Below are positions 47,934-59,855 of a stretch of DNA of 64,000 bases, in pieces. The notes beneath the pieces are model-generated. The model was not told the origin of the DNA and made no database searches. It worked only from the letters and a program-made list of their open reading frames with translations. Position 1 is the stretch's first letter, and each line of letters starts with the position of its first letter. The position numbers and the translations under genes were made by a program. The DNA is taken from assembly GCA_040437565.1 (NCBI GenBank), contig JBDOQK010000035.1, forward strand, positions 124,001 through 188,000, given 5' to 3'. Source of the DNA: Albugo candida. Its lineage: Eukaryota.

Positions 47934-49238
47934 TCATAGCGATTCCTGAAATCGCACTCTGCTTTTCGTATTTGAGCAGTAGTCTTCGGTATCCTCAATA
48001 TCGGAATATCGATCTTGCGATTCTTTGAGGTACTGTTCGCTTGTCACTGCCCATGAGCTGATACTATTGGAGTCATCTGAATGTTTGCTGCGAGAATCAT
48101 TGATGCTTCCGGTGACATCGTTCTCTCCTGTTCCACGCGGCTCAAAATTGGGTGAGAATTGTCGAGGCTGTTTAGCAATCCATGAAGCTGTTGTGCAATA
48201 GACTTTGTTCCAATCGGAAACAGTGACATGTGATGACGTATAAGAGCATGTGCCAGGCTGAGACAAGTGAGAAGACGGATACGATCGAGCGGCATTGATC
48301 GTTGTGATCTGACTGCACGGAGTCAAAAAATCGAAATTGGGGTCGTTGAGGTTTACAGAGTCATTCGATGTAGCGATGCATTGCTTCTTGAGATTTGGAT
48401 CTGAGGTCGTGTTGTTAGCTGGTGGGTAAGGCTCGAATGGGAGCTTGCTTCTGGTCCAAGGCGTCAGCGGAGACGCATCCGATTCCGAGACGGAACGACT
48501 TCTTCCTCGCACAATTGCAATCAAAGCGGTCAATAGAATGACTCCAATGACTCCAAAGATCAGAAAAAGTGCATTTTCTGAAAAAAAATTCGATGAGGCT
48601 TTGGTCGATATTGTTTGTGTGTTTGGAGAGGTTTTTGGGTCCTCAGCGGACTCTTTCGCCTTAGGTTGCGATGGAGTAGTGGTTTTAGGGGATTGTGTGT
48701 GTACTTCAGCAGCCGTGATTCCAAACTGCGTTGTCGCTTCATTTTGCAAGGAGACTGGAGGCCTCGTTGGGTTCCATTGAATTGGGCGATTTGGAGGGCT
48801 TTCTGGCGGCATTGGCGGGCTAGACACTGTATGAGGCTGAAGCATGGGTGCTAATTGTATCGTCTTTGGTGCTGGTGCGATATTTTGCATCGAGGACGCA
48901 CGCACAGCTTCATCGGCAGAGATTGAGCGCGGAGGTTTCTTGTTAATATCTGATTTATGATACAAATCGGTTAAGTGTTCATTGGAGATGTTACGTGTGC
49001 TGGTTTTTTGAGGGAATTCCTCATCCTTGTGAGTCGATTTCGCATCTATTTGTGAGTCTGAGGAGTTTGTTGTAAGAGATAATAACTCTTCGGATTCTGT
49101 TAAATTACTTTGAATTCCGCGCTTTCCTTCCTGCGCAGTAGCCGCGTTGTCTGCGTTTATTAGTAAGCATAAAGAGCCGTAGATGAAAAGCAGCAAAAGC
49201 TGAAGATATAAAGTTGGTTTTTGTCGGTAATCTCTCAT
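47934..49238 (-). CDS. Type I membrane protein with a P/S/T-rich ectodomain and Ser-rich tail
   Basis: Intact ORF with hydrophobic N-terminus LYLQLLLLFIYGSLCLLINA and TM ALFLIFGVIGVILLTALIAIV followed by RGR. Confidence 0.75.
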   Translation of the reverse strand: MRDYRQKPTLYLQLLLLFIYGSLCLLINADNAATAQEGKRGIQSNLTESEELLSLTTNSSDSQIDAKSTHKDEEFPQKTSTRNISNEHLTDLYHKSDINKKPPRSISADEAVRASSMQNIAPAPKTIQLAPMLQPHTVSSPPMPPESPPNRPIQWNPTRPPVSLQNEATTQFGITAAEVHTQSPKTTTPSQPKAKESAEDPKTSPNTQTISTKASSNFFSENALFLIFGVIGVILLTALIAIVRGRSRSVSESDASPLTPWTRSKLPFEPYPPANNTTSDPNLKKQCIATSNDSVNLNDPNFDFLTPCSQITTINAARSYPSSHLSQPGTCSYTSSHVTVSDWNKVYCTTASWIAKQPRQFSPNFEPRGTGENDVTGSINDSRSKHSDDSNSISSWAVTSEQYLKESQDRYSDIEDTEDYCSNTKSRVRFQESL

Positions 49239-51438
49239 CCAATTTGTACAAAAGGCTTTAGCAACTCGACTTGGACTCACGTCGTCATTTGAGGAAACGA
49301 AGCGACGTTATAATCGATGTGTTAGACTTCAAACCTACCCATTTGTGCTGTCATCAATTAAGACATGTGGCAATATGAAAGCTTGGTGGAGGTTTTGACG
49401 AAAAGAAAAGATACACACGTGGAAGCGGAGGATTGAATTTCTGATGACACAACGGAAACATCGTGTATATTAAGCCAATCAGATAGCGCGATATCGCGAC
49501 AATCTGAATTTATGTCATATTCATTGTTCGAGTTACCTGTGGTCATTTGATTTTGTTAAAGTATGAGCTAAGACAATTTTATCAAATCACAAAATATCGC
49601 AAGGCGCTGTAAATGAAATACCACTGTAGTACNNNNNNNNNNNNNNNNNNNNNNNNNNNNNNNNNNNNNNNNNNNNNNNNNNNNNNNNNNNNNNNNNNNN
49701 NNNNNNNNNNNNNNNNNNNNNNNNNNNNNNNNAAATACCACTGTAGTACAGGTTTGATAGGTCGGCGTCATTGAATGACAGTGAGCTCGTAGTCAAGCAT
49801 GCAAATTGCTAAGAAACCCGACGATCAGATGCATTATATAGACCGAAGAGGATAAACAAGCCAGTGAATCAACGAAATCGACATTACGATGGGCGCAAAT
49901 CAACGTGTAAATTCATACTGTTGCTACCTCTTCCAGGTGTCTTATAACAGACATTAACCTTAACTGAAAAGGCTGATTCTGATGTTCAATAGAGACGGAG
50001 CTTTCTGAGCAGAATGTGGCTGCCAGACAGAACGAATGCGTGGACTCACTCAATGGGTACGCCGAAGAAATATATCCACGTCTTGAAGGTAAGACAATTG
50101 CAAGTTTTATAATAGGATCGCTACCATCCATCATCGTACTGTACCGTAAGTCATTACGTTCTATAATGACAAGAAATTTGTGTGATAACAAGAATTAGCA
50201 ATGAAGGAAACTCTTGGCGGCGCACGAAACATCTCGTCCTCCTATTGCATTGGCATTTACTACCGTCGACTGTGAAGCTAACGCGATATTGATACCAATA
50301 TACGAGCTATCTTCATTTCACGAGAGGCTTANNNNNNNNNNNNNNNNNNNNNNNNNNNNNNNNNNNNNNNNNNNNNNNNNNNNNNNNNNNNNNNNNNNNN
50401 NNNNNNNNNNNNNNNNNNNNNNNNNNNNNNNATTAGCAATGAAGGAAACTCTTGGCGGCGCACGAAACATCTCGTCCTCCTATTGCATTGGCATTTACTA
50501 CCGTCGACTGTGAAGCTAACGCGATATTGATACCAATATACGAGCTATCTTCATTTCACGAGAGGCTTACGACACGACAAATTATTGTATCTGTAAGCTT
50601 GGGATGAAGTAGCTGACGAACGCAAGGCTGTCGATTATGTCATGAGATTGGGAAGGGTCAACAGATGAGACATTACCAAAATGGGAATATCTTTGAAGCA
50701 CGAGGCCGGTATTTTCTGACACAGCTGTTCATTTTGTAGATAATCTGCAACCAACGACACTAAGGCAGCTTGAACTCGGAAGTACTTTTATTAGGTCCTT
50801 AGTTCACATAACAGTTATTAAAGCCTTTACAAACTACTGCATCTCATCTGCACATCCGTTATGTTGAACATCCAACACACTTTCATTGCAGTGGTATGGA
50901 GTCTATAGAGCACTCATTAGCTATCGATTTCTTGCTTTTGTATTCCCAACGACATACTCTAAAGAGTGCGCTTACACAGGACCCAGGATATCGAGTGAAA
51001 GAACCATATCGACAGTACAATTTTCATATGCGTAGTGTCTTCCTTGCAATGCATCAACGCACTCTTTGAATTGCCGACAGTTAAGCCATACTTTCAATTT
51101 TTTTTTAATGGAATGAAAAGCCACACCGTCCACCATTTGACTTGCAACTGTAGCTTGATAACGTAGAGTACATCGTGAAAGTAGGGGACAGTACTGATAT
51201 CCAGTCATGAAAATATATTTGTACAGCAATAGAAAGGTACGTGATTGTGGCCTTTCTGCTCCGGGAAAGGAAAAGCGACAAAGAAAAGGCAGGTGCGCAA
51301 GGGAAGAGAGTGGAATCGTCGGTGTGCCCTATACTGAGGCTTGTATGTGCCTTATAAAATAGCGGATGCATTATCTCACAAGATACTCAGATTCCTAAAT
51401 TACTTCATTTTGGATTTGACAAGTGGGAGCAATTCAGT

Positions 51439-51701
51439 ATGGCTTCCCTCAAAGTAATTATCGGTGTATTCACATATGTTGCCATTACGAGCACCAACAG
51501 CATAAAAATCTCACCATTTGGATCACCCCCAATCAATGCACACCGTCCTCTCATCCCAATCCCATACAAGCACCTGGATTGTACCCACCACTCCATCCAC
51601 GCCATCGTATCAACCCACATCCCGTACAATCACCCGGGGTAGTCAATAACTCAACAAATCATAAACTACCAAGCCCGCGACGTGGAATCCCACCGCCATA
51701 A
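51439..51701 (+). CDS. Candidate small secreted Pro/His-rich protein (may be frameshifted)
   Basis: Signal-like MASLKVIIGVFTYVAITST, with INR/FPR TCATTTTGGATTTG at 51405. The Pro-rich tail continues in a different frame. Confidence 0.4.
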
Positions 51702-54700
51702 TCGATGTTACATGGACCAGCCTCTAAACAACTGCGATCTCTGTAATTATTTCGAAATTGGCCGTCCATGTGAAGTTTTCATGTAGCGATAGAAATCGAC
51801 AGTAGTTAACGGTAAATATAGGCAGTGTTCACTTGTATCGTCGTATAGCACGCGATCAAAGTAGACTTATCGATGCACAAATAATTAATATAGCAGCCTT
51901 TGTCTCAGCACGCCTTTCTTCAACGTTTCTATAGCCTATCAGAATGACCACATGAATATACGTGAAATATTGCTTCCAGAAGCAAATAACGTTGCGCTGC
52001 TGACCACGATCTAAGCGATCTTATGTAATCACAAAGTGTTTTTGTAGGTACACTGCGATAAGCGCTGATCGGTAAGAATCATCTTTCAGCCACTTGGTTT
52101 TCCTCCTGCACAACGATTGCTCAAATTGACTCATATAACCTCCCAGAAGATCACCAATTTTTATATCAAGAGAATTATAACGCTTGACAAGTAATTTGGT
52201 GCTTAAGGGAATGGATATAATGATTCTGCTTCTTTCCCTGCCATCTTTGTATGATTTATTGAAGATTTACCCTAAATAATGAGAGATAAAACTTCTTCGT
52301 GGACCATCTCGGTACGCTGTTCCTTCCGCGCATGGCAGGTGGCAACTGTTCCCACATATTGTCTGAGCTAATTGACACGGTGTTGTTTTTTACCGTCGAT
52401 ATCAACGACTAATGAAACAGCAAATGAGATACTCAGTGCCCAACTGTCATTCTCTGACCTCTACCCGAGATTTGTTGAGTCTCGCCATTTCGGCGGTATA
52501 GTAACCGGGCCACAAAACTGAGATTCCGTTGTTGGGAAAACGCACTGCCCCGATAAGGGAGTAAATTAGGGCCTGAACAAAGACATCCCGAGTATAACAA
52601 CATCTCGATACGACTAAAATGAATTCTTGAGATTACAATAAGTGTTCCAAAATTGTATGAGACTTCTCGCTTTGGAAGTTTATGTCATGAATGCACTGTT
52701 GCCTCCAGATTCTCTTTATGTAGAGCTATAAATTGATGGTACTGCTCCAATGTAGAGTATGGCCACCATCCGCTGCCTCTGGTAATGCTAATTCCTCTCA
52801 AGTATTTTGAATTATACTTTCACATTCAGTACACCAGTGACCCTCCGAGTATCTGCAGTCACTGATATGATTCGGATGCCTTTCGCATGTAAGATGTGAC
52901 GATTGATGACTTGATTGAGAGACCTGTATCAATTCGTATCTGATAGCAACGAGCTCTCCACAGCCAGGATACCATAGCAGGGAGGAATTTGAATGTGCGG
53001 ACTTCTGACCTTAATAGGAAGACAGATTTTATCTCAGACAACTTCCTTAGCGGGTTTGTGATTCAAAATCCTTTACACGTATTTCCACTTGAACATTTCG
53101 ATGTGCTTGGAATGCCCGAAGCGAACAATCGTATGCGCTCTCTTCTCTCATTGAATATAATCTTGTGTGCTTTGAGTACAACCGTGCTTTATGCCTCGAC
53201 ATTAGACTTGTAGGTGCACAACAGTGCAATGAAGTGCACTCGCTTGATAAGCTGAAAATGTAATAAGCTCGTTTTAAATAGTCATACTTGCCATAAGCTT
53301 TGCGATACGGGCGCCAGTGAAGCTTTTGCTGCGATATATGACAAGAGAGCTTACAGGATACAGCTTTAACTTTGATCGTTTTTAGTAGCGTCATGTGCTA
53401 TTGCAAGTATACTTTGTCAATTGACATTGAAGGAGGACAAGATTTACTGCGATGTTCATATATTTGCACGTTTCCGCCCTATCCTTCCATGCACCTGCAC
53501 TCTACACACGCCTATGATGTCATGCAAGCTCACTTGAGGATGTCTTGGTCAGTAAAAGTTTTCCTTAGCTGCGTGAATGAGGCTTAAGCCGTACAAAAAG
53601 CCTCCTACAAGCACGAGTCAACTTATTTCGATATTAAATTAGCCAGCAAATCAGCGCGTGATAAACTTTGCGGTAACTTTGTCGTGTTTGCTACGATAGT
53701 GCTTCATAAACTCCAGCGTTAATTCGAGTGTACCATCGAGTTAATTGTCGTAGATGTGTAGTCTCCTTTCATTTTTATTGAAACAAGTCGTGCCACATGC
53801 TTTCCAATTTTTCTGCTCCATTGACTCTCAAAGGATTTGGTTTTGAGAACAGCAGGAAAGAGAAAGTATATTTGAGCCTGTNNNNNNNNNNNNNNNNNNN
53901 NNNNNNNNNNNNNNNNNNNNNNNNNNNNNNNNNNNNNNNNNNNNNNNNNNNNNNNNNNNNNNNNNNNNNNNNNNNNNNNNNCTACAAGCACGAGTCAACT
54001 TATTTCGATATTAAATTAGCCAGCAAATCAGCGCGTGATAAACTTTGCGGTAACTTTGTCGTGTTTGCTACGATAGTGCTTCATAAACTCCAGCGTTAAT
54101 TCGAGTGTACCATCGAGTTAATTGTCGTAGATGTGTAGTCTCCTTTCATTTTTATTGAAACAAGTCGTGCCACATGCTTTCCAATTTTTCTGCTCCATTG
54201 ACTCTCAAAGGATTTGGTTTTGAGAACAGCAGGAAAGAGAAAGTATATTTGAGCCTGTACGTCATGGAATGACAGAGGACTCTCTTCGTGGCGGCTTCTA
54301 CCTACTTCTATCTTTTGCAATCAAGTAGTAAGCTTGAATACTAAAGCTCCTTTCCTGTCTACTCCAGGTAGTCGAAGCTGCTATCCATTGCGTCGGACGA
54401 CAGACCGGATGAGTCCTACTCAATCAATCCGAAGAATCAAATCATGGAGTGGCAAATATAAGCGGAGTTCGACATATCGAAATTAACTACAGCGCTAATT
54501 GAACGGCGGGTGTGATCTTGATCTCCTGACTGACACAACACGTCCTTGATCAAATTAAAGAAAAGTCTTTATCTATTGTGCTATAAAGCTGCATCACGCA
54601 TGGCAGCTTCGACGCTTCAAGGAATCTTCGTGATGCAAGCAGGTGCTGAAGATGGGAACTGAAGCGTTGAGAAGTCTCCTATAATATTCTATTGTAGGGC

Positions 54701-57307
54701 GAATATAAATTGAAATCAAGACTCTGTTCTCAAATGCTACAATTTGTTTAGTGGCCTCGTAATGTTTCTTTTCGATGATTCCGAGAACAGTAGTTTCAAA
54801 TAGTAGCGATATCACAACGGCGAAAACATTTGTTCCTGCGGAGACGTCTTTCGTCTGGTGTCAACTGTAATACTACGATTCATTATCGATCAAGAGCATC
54901 CTCGCCATTACGGGCTGTGGATGCAGCAAGAACAGCTGCTTACATCGAGATAAGGAATCAGGCAGAGACCAGAAGCATTCGGATTGATGGTTATCTATAC
55001 CGAAAGGGAACTACGCCATTTGAAGATTCAAATTCAATTACAGGTTCTCATCCGTGTATGAATGTGGAGGACGTATTATGCATTGTATGGATTCCTAGCG
55101 ATGCTTTAGTGATACGTATTTATTTTTCGCTAAAGATCAAACGGCTGAATACACAATGCCAGCACTGATATGACCTGATGCTATGTCAGTGTCAGCAGAA
55201 GCTACTGATGCGCGATAGAAACAGGAACTTTGACAGCAATTCGAACAAAATGTTTTGCACTTGNNNNNNNNNNNNNNNNNNNNNNNNNNNNNNNNNNNNN
55301 NNNNNNNNNNNNNNNNNNNNNNNNNNNNNNNNNNNNNNNNNNNNNNNNNNNNNNNNNNNNNNNATACACAATGCCAGCACTGATATGACCTGATGCTATG
55401 TCAGTGTCAGCAGAAGCTACTGATGCGCGATAGAAACAGGAACTTTGACAGCAATTCGAACAAAATGTTTTGCACTTGATCTCAAAAAGGATACCAATGG
55501 TTTGCAGGTTAGATTAAACGACTGGTAGTTTCTTGCAATAATCAGACGTGAGGTGAGATTCTCAGACTCGGGAAGCTGTTCGTTACTGTCCATGTTTCCA
55601 GCTGGCTCAGTGTTCGCGTGTCACGGAGATTGTTCTTATAGTTCTCTCCCCTTGATCTAAAAGTTACGGTATGAGTGGACAAGTAGACTGCTCTTACTGC
55701 CTTGCACTGGATGGCAACCAGAAGCATGATGTGAAGTCTGTGTCCTTCATTGCATATACACATTCCGAGGTATTTTATTACAGAAACCTTATTCGAAATC
55801 TATTCCTTCTTCCTTTTCTTGTACTAGTGCCCAATACCTTATTCTCTTAACCGGATCTTGAAGGACACAACTTGCACTATCGGTAGGTCTCGCGCATCGC
55901 TGGCACGGGAAATGCTCTCTTATTAAGAAAAAATCGTCATAAGCTTCGATAGGATTTGTTTGAGCGGTCATTGCTGGTATGTAGGTCGGGACACATATTG
56001 CTCTCAACATAACATATGCAAACTTCCTTGCGTGGTGTCATGTCAATGCTGGCCGATGATGGCTCTATGAGCAGCCGGTATGACTGGGATTGTCCAGCCT
56101 CACTTTATCACATGCGGTGCGCAGGGTCCTGGTGATATATGATGAAGGTAACCTGGCATTCCCTGTAGAGATACCACAGCAGAAATTTGAGAAATTCTGT
56201 TCTCAACAATGCCTGTGATACTGTATGTGTTATTTTGTTCAGCTAAATCGAAAGTGAATGCAGTACCCTGAGCAGGGAACAACTGATCATGTTTCGGGCA
56301 CAAAATAGTCAATGTACTGCAGAAGATGTTTTGCCGTTGATTTGGATGATTATTGATGATTGATAGCATCCCGCTGCTGCTTAGACGCAAGAAGCAAGTT
56401 ACAATTGCCATACTAATACGAATTTATAGTTTATATTCGCCACGTGTTCAAATATGCAGAATCGTCAGATAATGCCAAGCCATCCGATCAACATGTCAAG
56501 CACACCGCAAATACACACGTTAGTACCATGCTCACCACCGATTTATCACAATAACAGCTGAATTAAATAGAGTTTAGCGTGCTTCCTGCGTCAGTAATTG
56601 AAGGTGAATGGTTGAAGCGCTGATGTTACTCATATCGTATGAAGACAATTTGAAATTAAAAGAAAACTATCAAAATTGTCGAGTACAAAAAAAGCTATTG
56701 CAATGATTAGCTCAATGCATAAGATTATTCTTAGCGCATGTAATCATCTTTGTCTCTCAGGGAGTCAGCATCAGCTTTAAACGCGTTGGACCCTGAAACC
56801 AGTTACCGTTCTTTTTGTCCACCATGGAATCATCTTATCCCGAGTTCAATCAGATGCCATTTGCACGTAGACTATGATTAGTAGCTTGGCACTTCTTTAC
56901 TCATCGCTGGTATTGCTCCAGGCCAATATATTATAATTGCTGCTGCGTGGTCGCAAGCTAGCCATCTCCTTTCTTTATCACTGGCGACTGCGCTCCGAAG
57001 CGCACCCTAATCAACCGCTACATATCATAACCAGCTCTTTTGGATCTCCTTGTCTTATTGCGTACAGATGATGAGGCCTCTGGCGAAACTGTTCATTTGG
57101 AGTTTGGAATGTGTTTTTAAGATATTTTGTATACTTTGCGTTAGATCTGTAATTCTCTCCAAATATAAAATATCGATATTTTACCAGAAGCTTCAGCANN
57201 NNNNNNNNNNNNNNNNNNNNNNNNNNNNNNNNNNNNNNNNNNNNNNNNNNNNNNNNNNNNNNNNNNNNNNNNNNNNNNNNNNNNNNNNNNNNNNNNNNCT
57301 TAAAACC

Positions 57308-57468
57308 AATGAAATAAGAAAAAAGACACCTACAATTGAACGACAAAAAAGGTTGCATTGAGCGCACGTCATACATACGTGCGTCGGAACGAATGAAATA
57401 AGAAAAAGGACACCTACAATTAAACGACAAAAAGGTTGCATTGAGCGCACGTCATACATACGTGCGTC
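57308..57468. repeat. 84-bp tandem repeat (about 2 visible, non-identical copies) with an internal hairpin
   Basis: Units start at 57308 and 57392. Each contains CGCACGT-catacat-ACGTGCG. Confidence 0.85.
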
Positions 57469-57532
57469 GAGTGCTGAACTCTCCAAATTAAATTGACACG
57501 TGACATTCCCAAATTGACAAAGAATTCTCAGG

Positions 57533-58837
57533 ATGGCTCAAACGCTCCTCATAGTACTCGGCATTCTTTGCTTCCCTTCTTTTTTCAATGCGCTAAATAC
57601 GAGACCGCAAACAAACGAAAGAACAAATGAACCTGTAACGAATACGAATGCGCAAGGTACGCCTCCGCTTGTAAAATCAGTGCCTTGTTTTTTGCTAAGA
57701 GTGCAAGATGTAATCTATCGTGCAGTGACGTTCAATGCAAAAGAGATGGGTCCAACAATGAAGCCTACTTATTCTCTTCATCAAAAGCCGTCAGCGCCGC
57801 TCAAGCACCGGGGGGGAATTGCTGCACAACTTGGGCAGCATACAGCGGATTCCTTGGTCAGCGGTAAACGCACACAATTTTACCGTTCATTGGNNNNNNN
57901 NNNNNNNNNNNNNNNNNNNNNNNNNNNNNNNNNNNNNNNNNNNNNNNNNNNNNNNNNNNNNNNNNNNNNNNNNNNNNNNNNNNNNNNNNNNNNATCAGTG
58001 CCTTGTTTTTTGCTAAGAGTGCAAGATGTAATCTATCGTGCAGTGACGTTCAATGCAAAAGAGATGGGTCCAACAATGAAGCCTACTTATTCTCTTCACC
58101 AAAACCCGTCAGCCCCGCTCAAGCACCGGGAGGGAATTGCTGCAGAACTTGGGCAGCATACAGCGGATTCCTTGGTCAGCGGTAAACGCACACAATTTTA
58201 CCGTTCATTGGGTCCAAAGCGAAGGGTTATGCGAAAAAGTGCAAGCATGTCACGTGGAACACAGAACGAGGCCAATGTTGGAGAAAGATCTGGCACTTTT
58301 GCTGAAGGACAATCGAGCGGTGCTAATGAAGATAGACTGGCTACTACGATAATGTCATTTAGGCCTACATATGGGCGTTCGAGTTCAATGCCAGCGATTT
58401 TGGGAAATAAAATAATTGAAGGTTTTAAACGCACTACCTCAGAAGTCAAAGATGAGGTTTGTAGTAGAATTTATTCACATGCTCCAGATACAGCCAACTT
58501 TATATCGGGCGAGGTGGTTACCATGATGCTATCGAATCCTTCAGTTAAACCTGGTCAGCTGCTCGTGGATAATTACGGACTTGAAGACATTACCATGGGA
58601 ATGCTACAAACTTTTGTTACCAATTACCTCGATTACATTAGTGATCAACTATTGAAACTCGCTGAAAAGTGCTGTGAGGGAGTCAAATGGATAGTGCGTA
58701 AATTCTACAATGGAGAGTCAAATACTAACGATGGAAGCTCGTCGTCGGCTGTTTATTGTTATCCCCAAAGTAATGACCCGAATGTGAGCGAAACCGACCC
58801 GCTCATGGATAATGAAAACGAATCAAGTATGGTGTGA
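57533..58837 (+). CDS. Secreted protein, candidate effector (spans a gap)
   Basis: Signal peptide MAQTLLIVLGILCFPSFFNA, INR-like ACATTCCCAAATTG at 57503, and an open frame in a gene-sparse region. No recognisable domain. Confidence 0.7.
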   Translation: MAQTLLIVLGILCFPSFFNALNTRPQTNERTNEPVTNTNAQGTPPLVKSVPCFLLRVQDVIYRAVTFNAKEMGPTMKPTYSLHQKPSAPLKHRGGIAAQLGQHTADSLVSGKRTQFYRSLXXXXXXXXXXXXXXXXXXXXXXXXXXXXXXXXXXSVPCFLLRVQDVIYRAVTFNAKEMGPTMKPTYSLHQNPSAPLKHREGIAAELGQHTADSLVSGKRTQFYRSLGPKRRVMRKSASMSRGTQNEANVGERSGTFAEGQSSGANEDRLATTIMSFRPTYGRSSSMPAILGNKIIEGFKRTTSEVKDEVCSRIYSHAPDTANFISGEVVTMMLSNPSVKPGQLLVDNYGLEDITMGMLQTFVTNYLDYISDQLLKLAEKCCEGVKWIVRKFYNGESNTNDGSSSSAVYCYPQSNDPNVSETDPLMDNENESSMV

Positions 58838-59855
58838 AACTAACAAGGCTTGAATCACCATAATTCACTCAACATCTGTGAATACAACTTTTTCCAATGC
58901 GCTTGGTATTTTTTGTACAATCGATTCCGTGCGATACGACCAATGCTCTGCGTCGAGTTCTTATAATTGAGTCTTCGAGAGCGACATAGGTAGCAGCGAG
59001 AAAGCCATTCACGTTCCCATGACATACCGTGTGCGAGCGGTAGTCATTTCCTTCACACGCTCGGTCCTTCACATGGTTACCTTCGATCCGAATGCCGAAA
59101 CTTCTGCTGTAGAAAGTCGCTGCGCAATCGGATGATTTCATGTAATACGTTTCCACAGCAAATCTTCGCATGCATTCCTTATGCTGAAACACTTTTACGC
59201 GTTTTCTATTACGCGCTTCACCAGAGAATGTAATTCCGACAGCATTGAACAGCTATAAACATGGGTGCCTGATTAGCGATCGATCAATAGTCTCATGGAG
59301 ATAGCTATTGTAGTAAAGTATTGGATTGACATAGGCGCTGCACTTTTGTCTTCACGCTAGATACCAGCAGATCAACTTTGGCATACAGAAGCATCTAGCG
59401 TCACCGATTCCGAGGGAAATATACTACCAATACGTCGATTTGCAAAGAGACTTGGACATGTTCGAGTTTCATAAGTAGTGGGATTCATGAAGAATCTGTT
59501 CAACATCCTCTCGGAACCAAAACCATGCGCTGAGATCGGAAGCCTGGTTTTGTACTATCCGACTAGTAAACGTTGCATATGTACTACTACAAGCTGATCT
59601 GGACTCTCGCATCCATCATATATTTCGAGTACAAGCGTGGATAAGGCTTCTGCCACCTCGTTAGTGTAACACTTCAACTATGAGGATATATCAAGCAGTA
59701 TACCTTTCATCATATAATTGTGCCGACTTCACCAAATGCGAGACTAGCAACTTCATGAGAAGCTGTCGAGCTGCAAGCGATCTCGCTCAGCAGCAATCTC
59801 TCCCACTGAACAAAGCGCTTGGAAGGATTGCAACGCTTCTTCTAACTTGCACAAT

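Noticed and set aside
52660-52740. CHEC tetrapeptide as a CHxC effector motif
   Set aside because: No in-frame signal peptide or downstream Gly, and the surrounding frame is short. It is compatible with chance.
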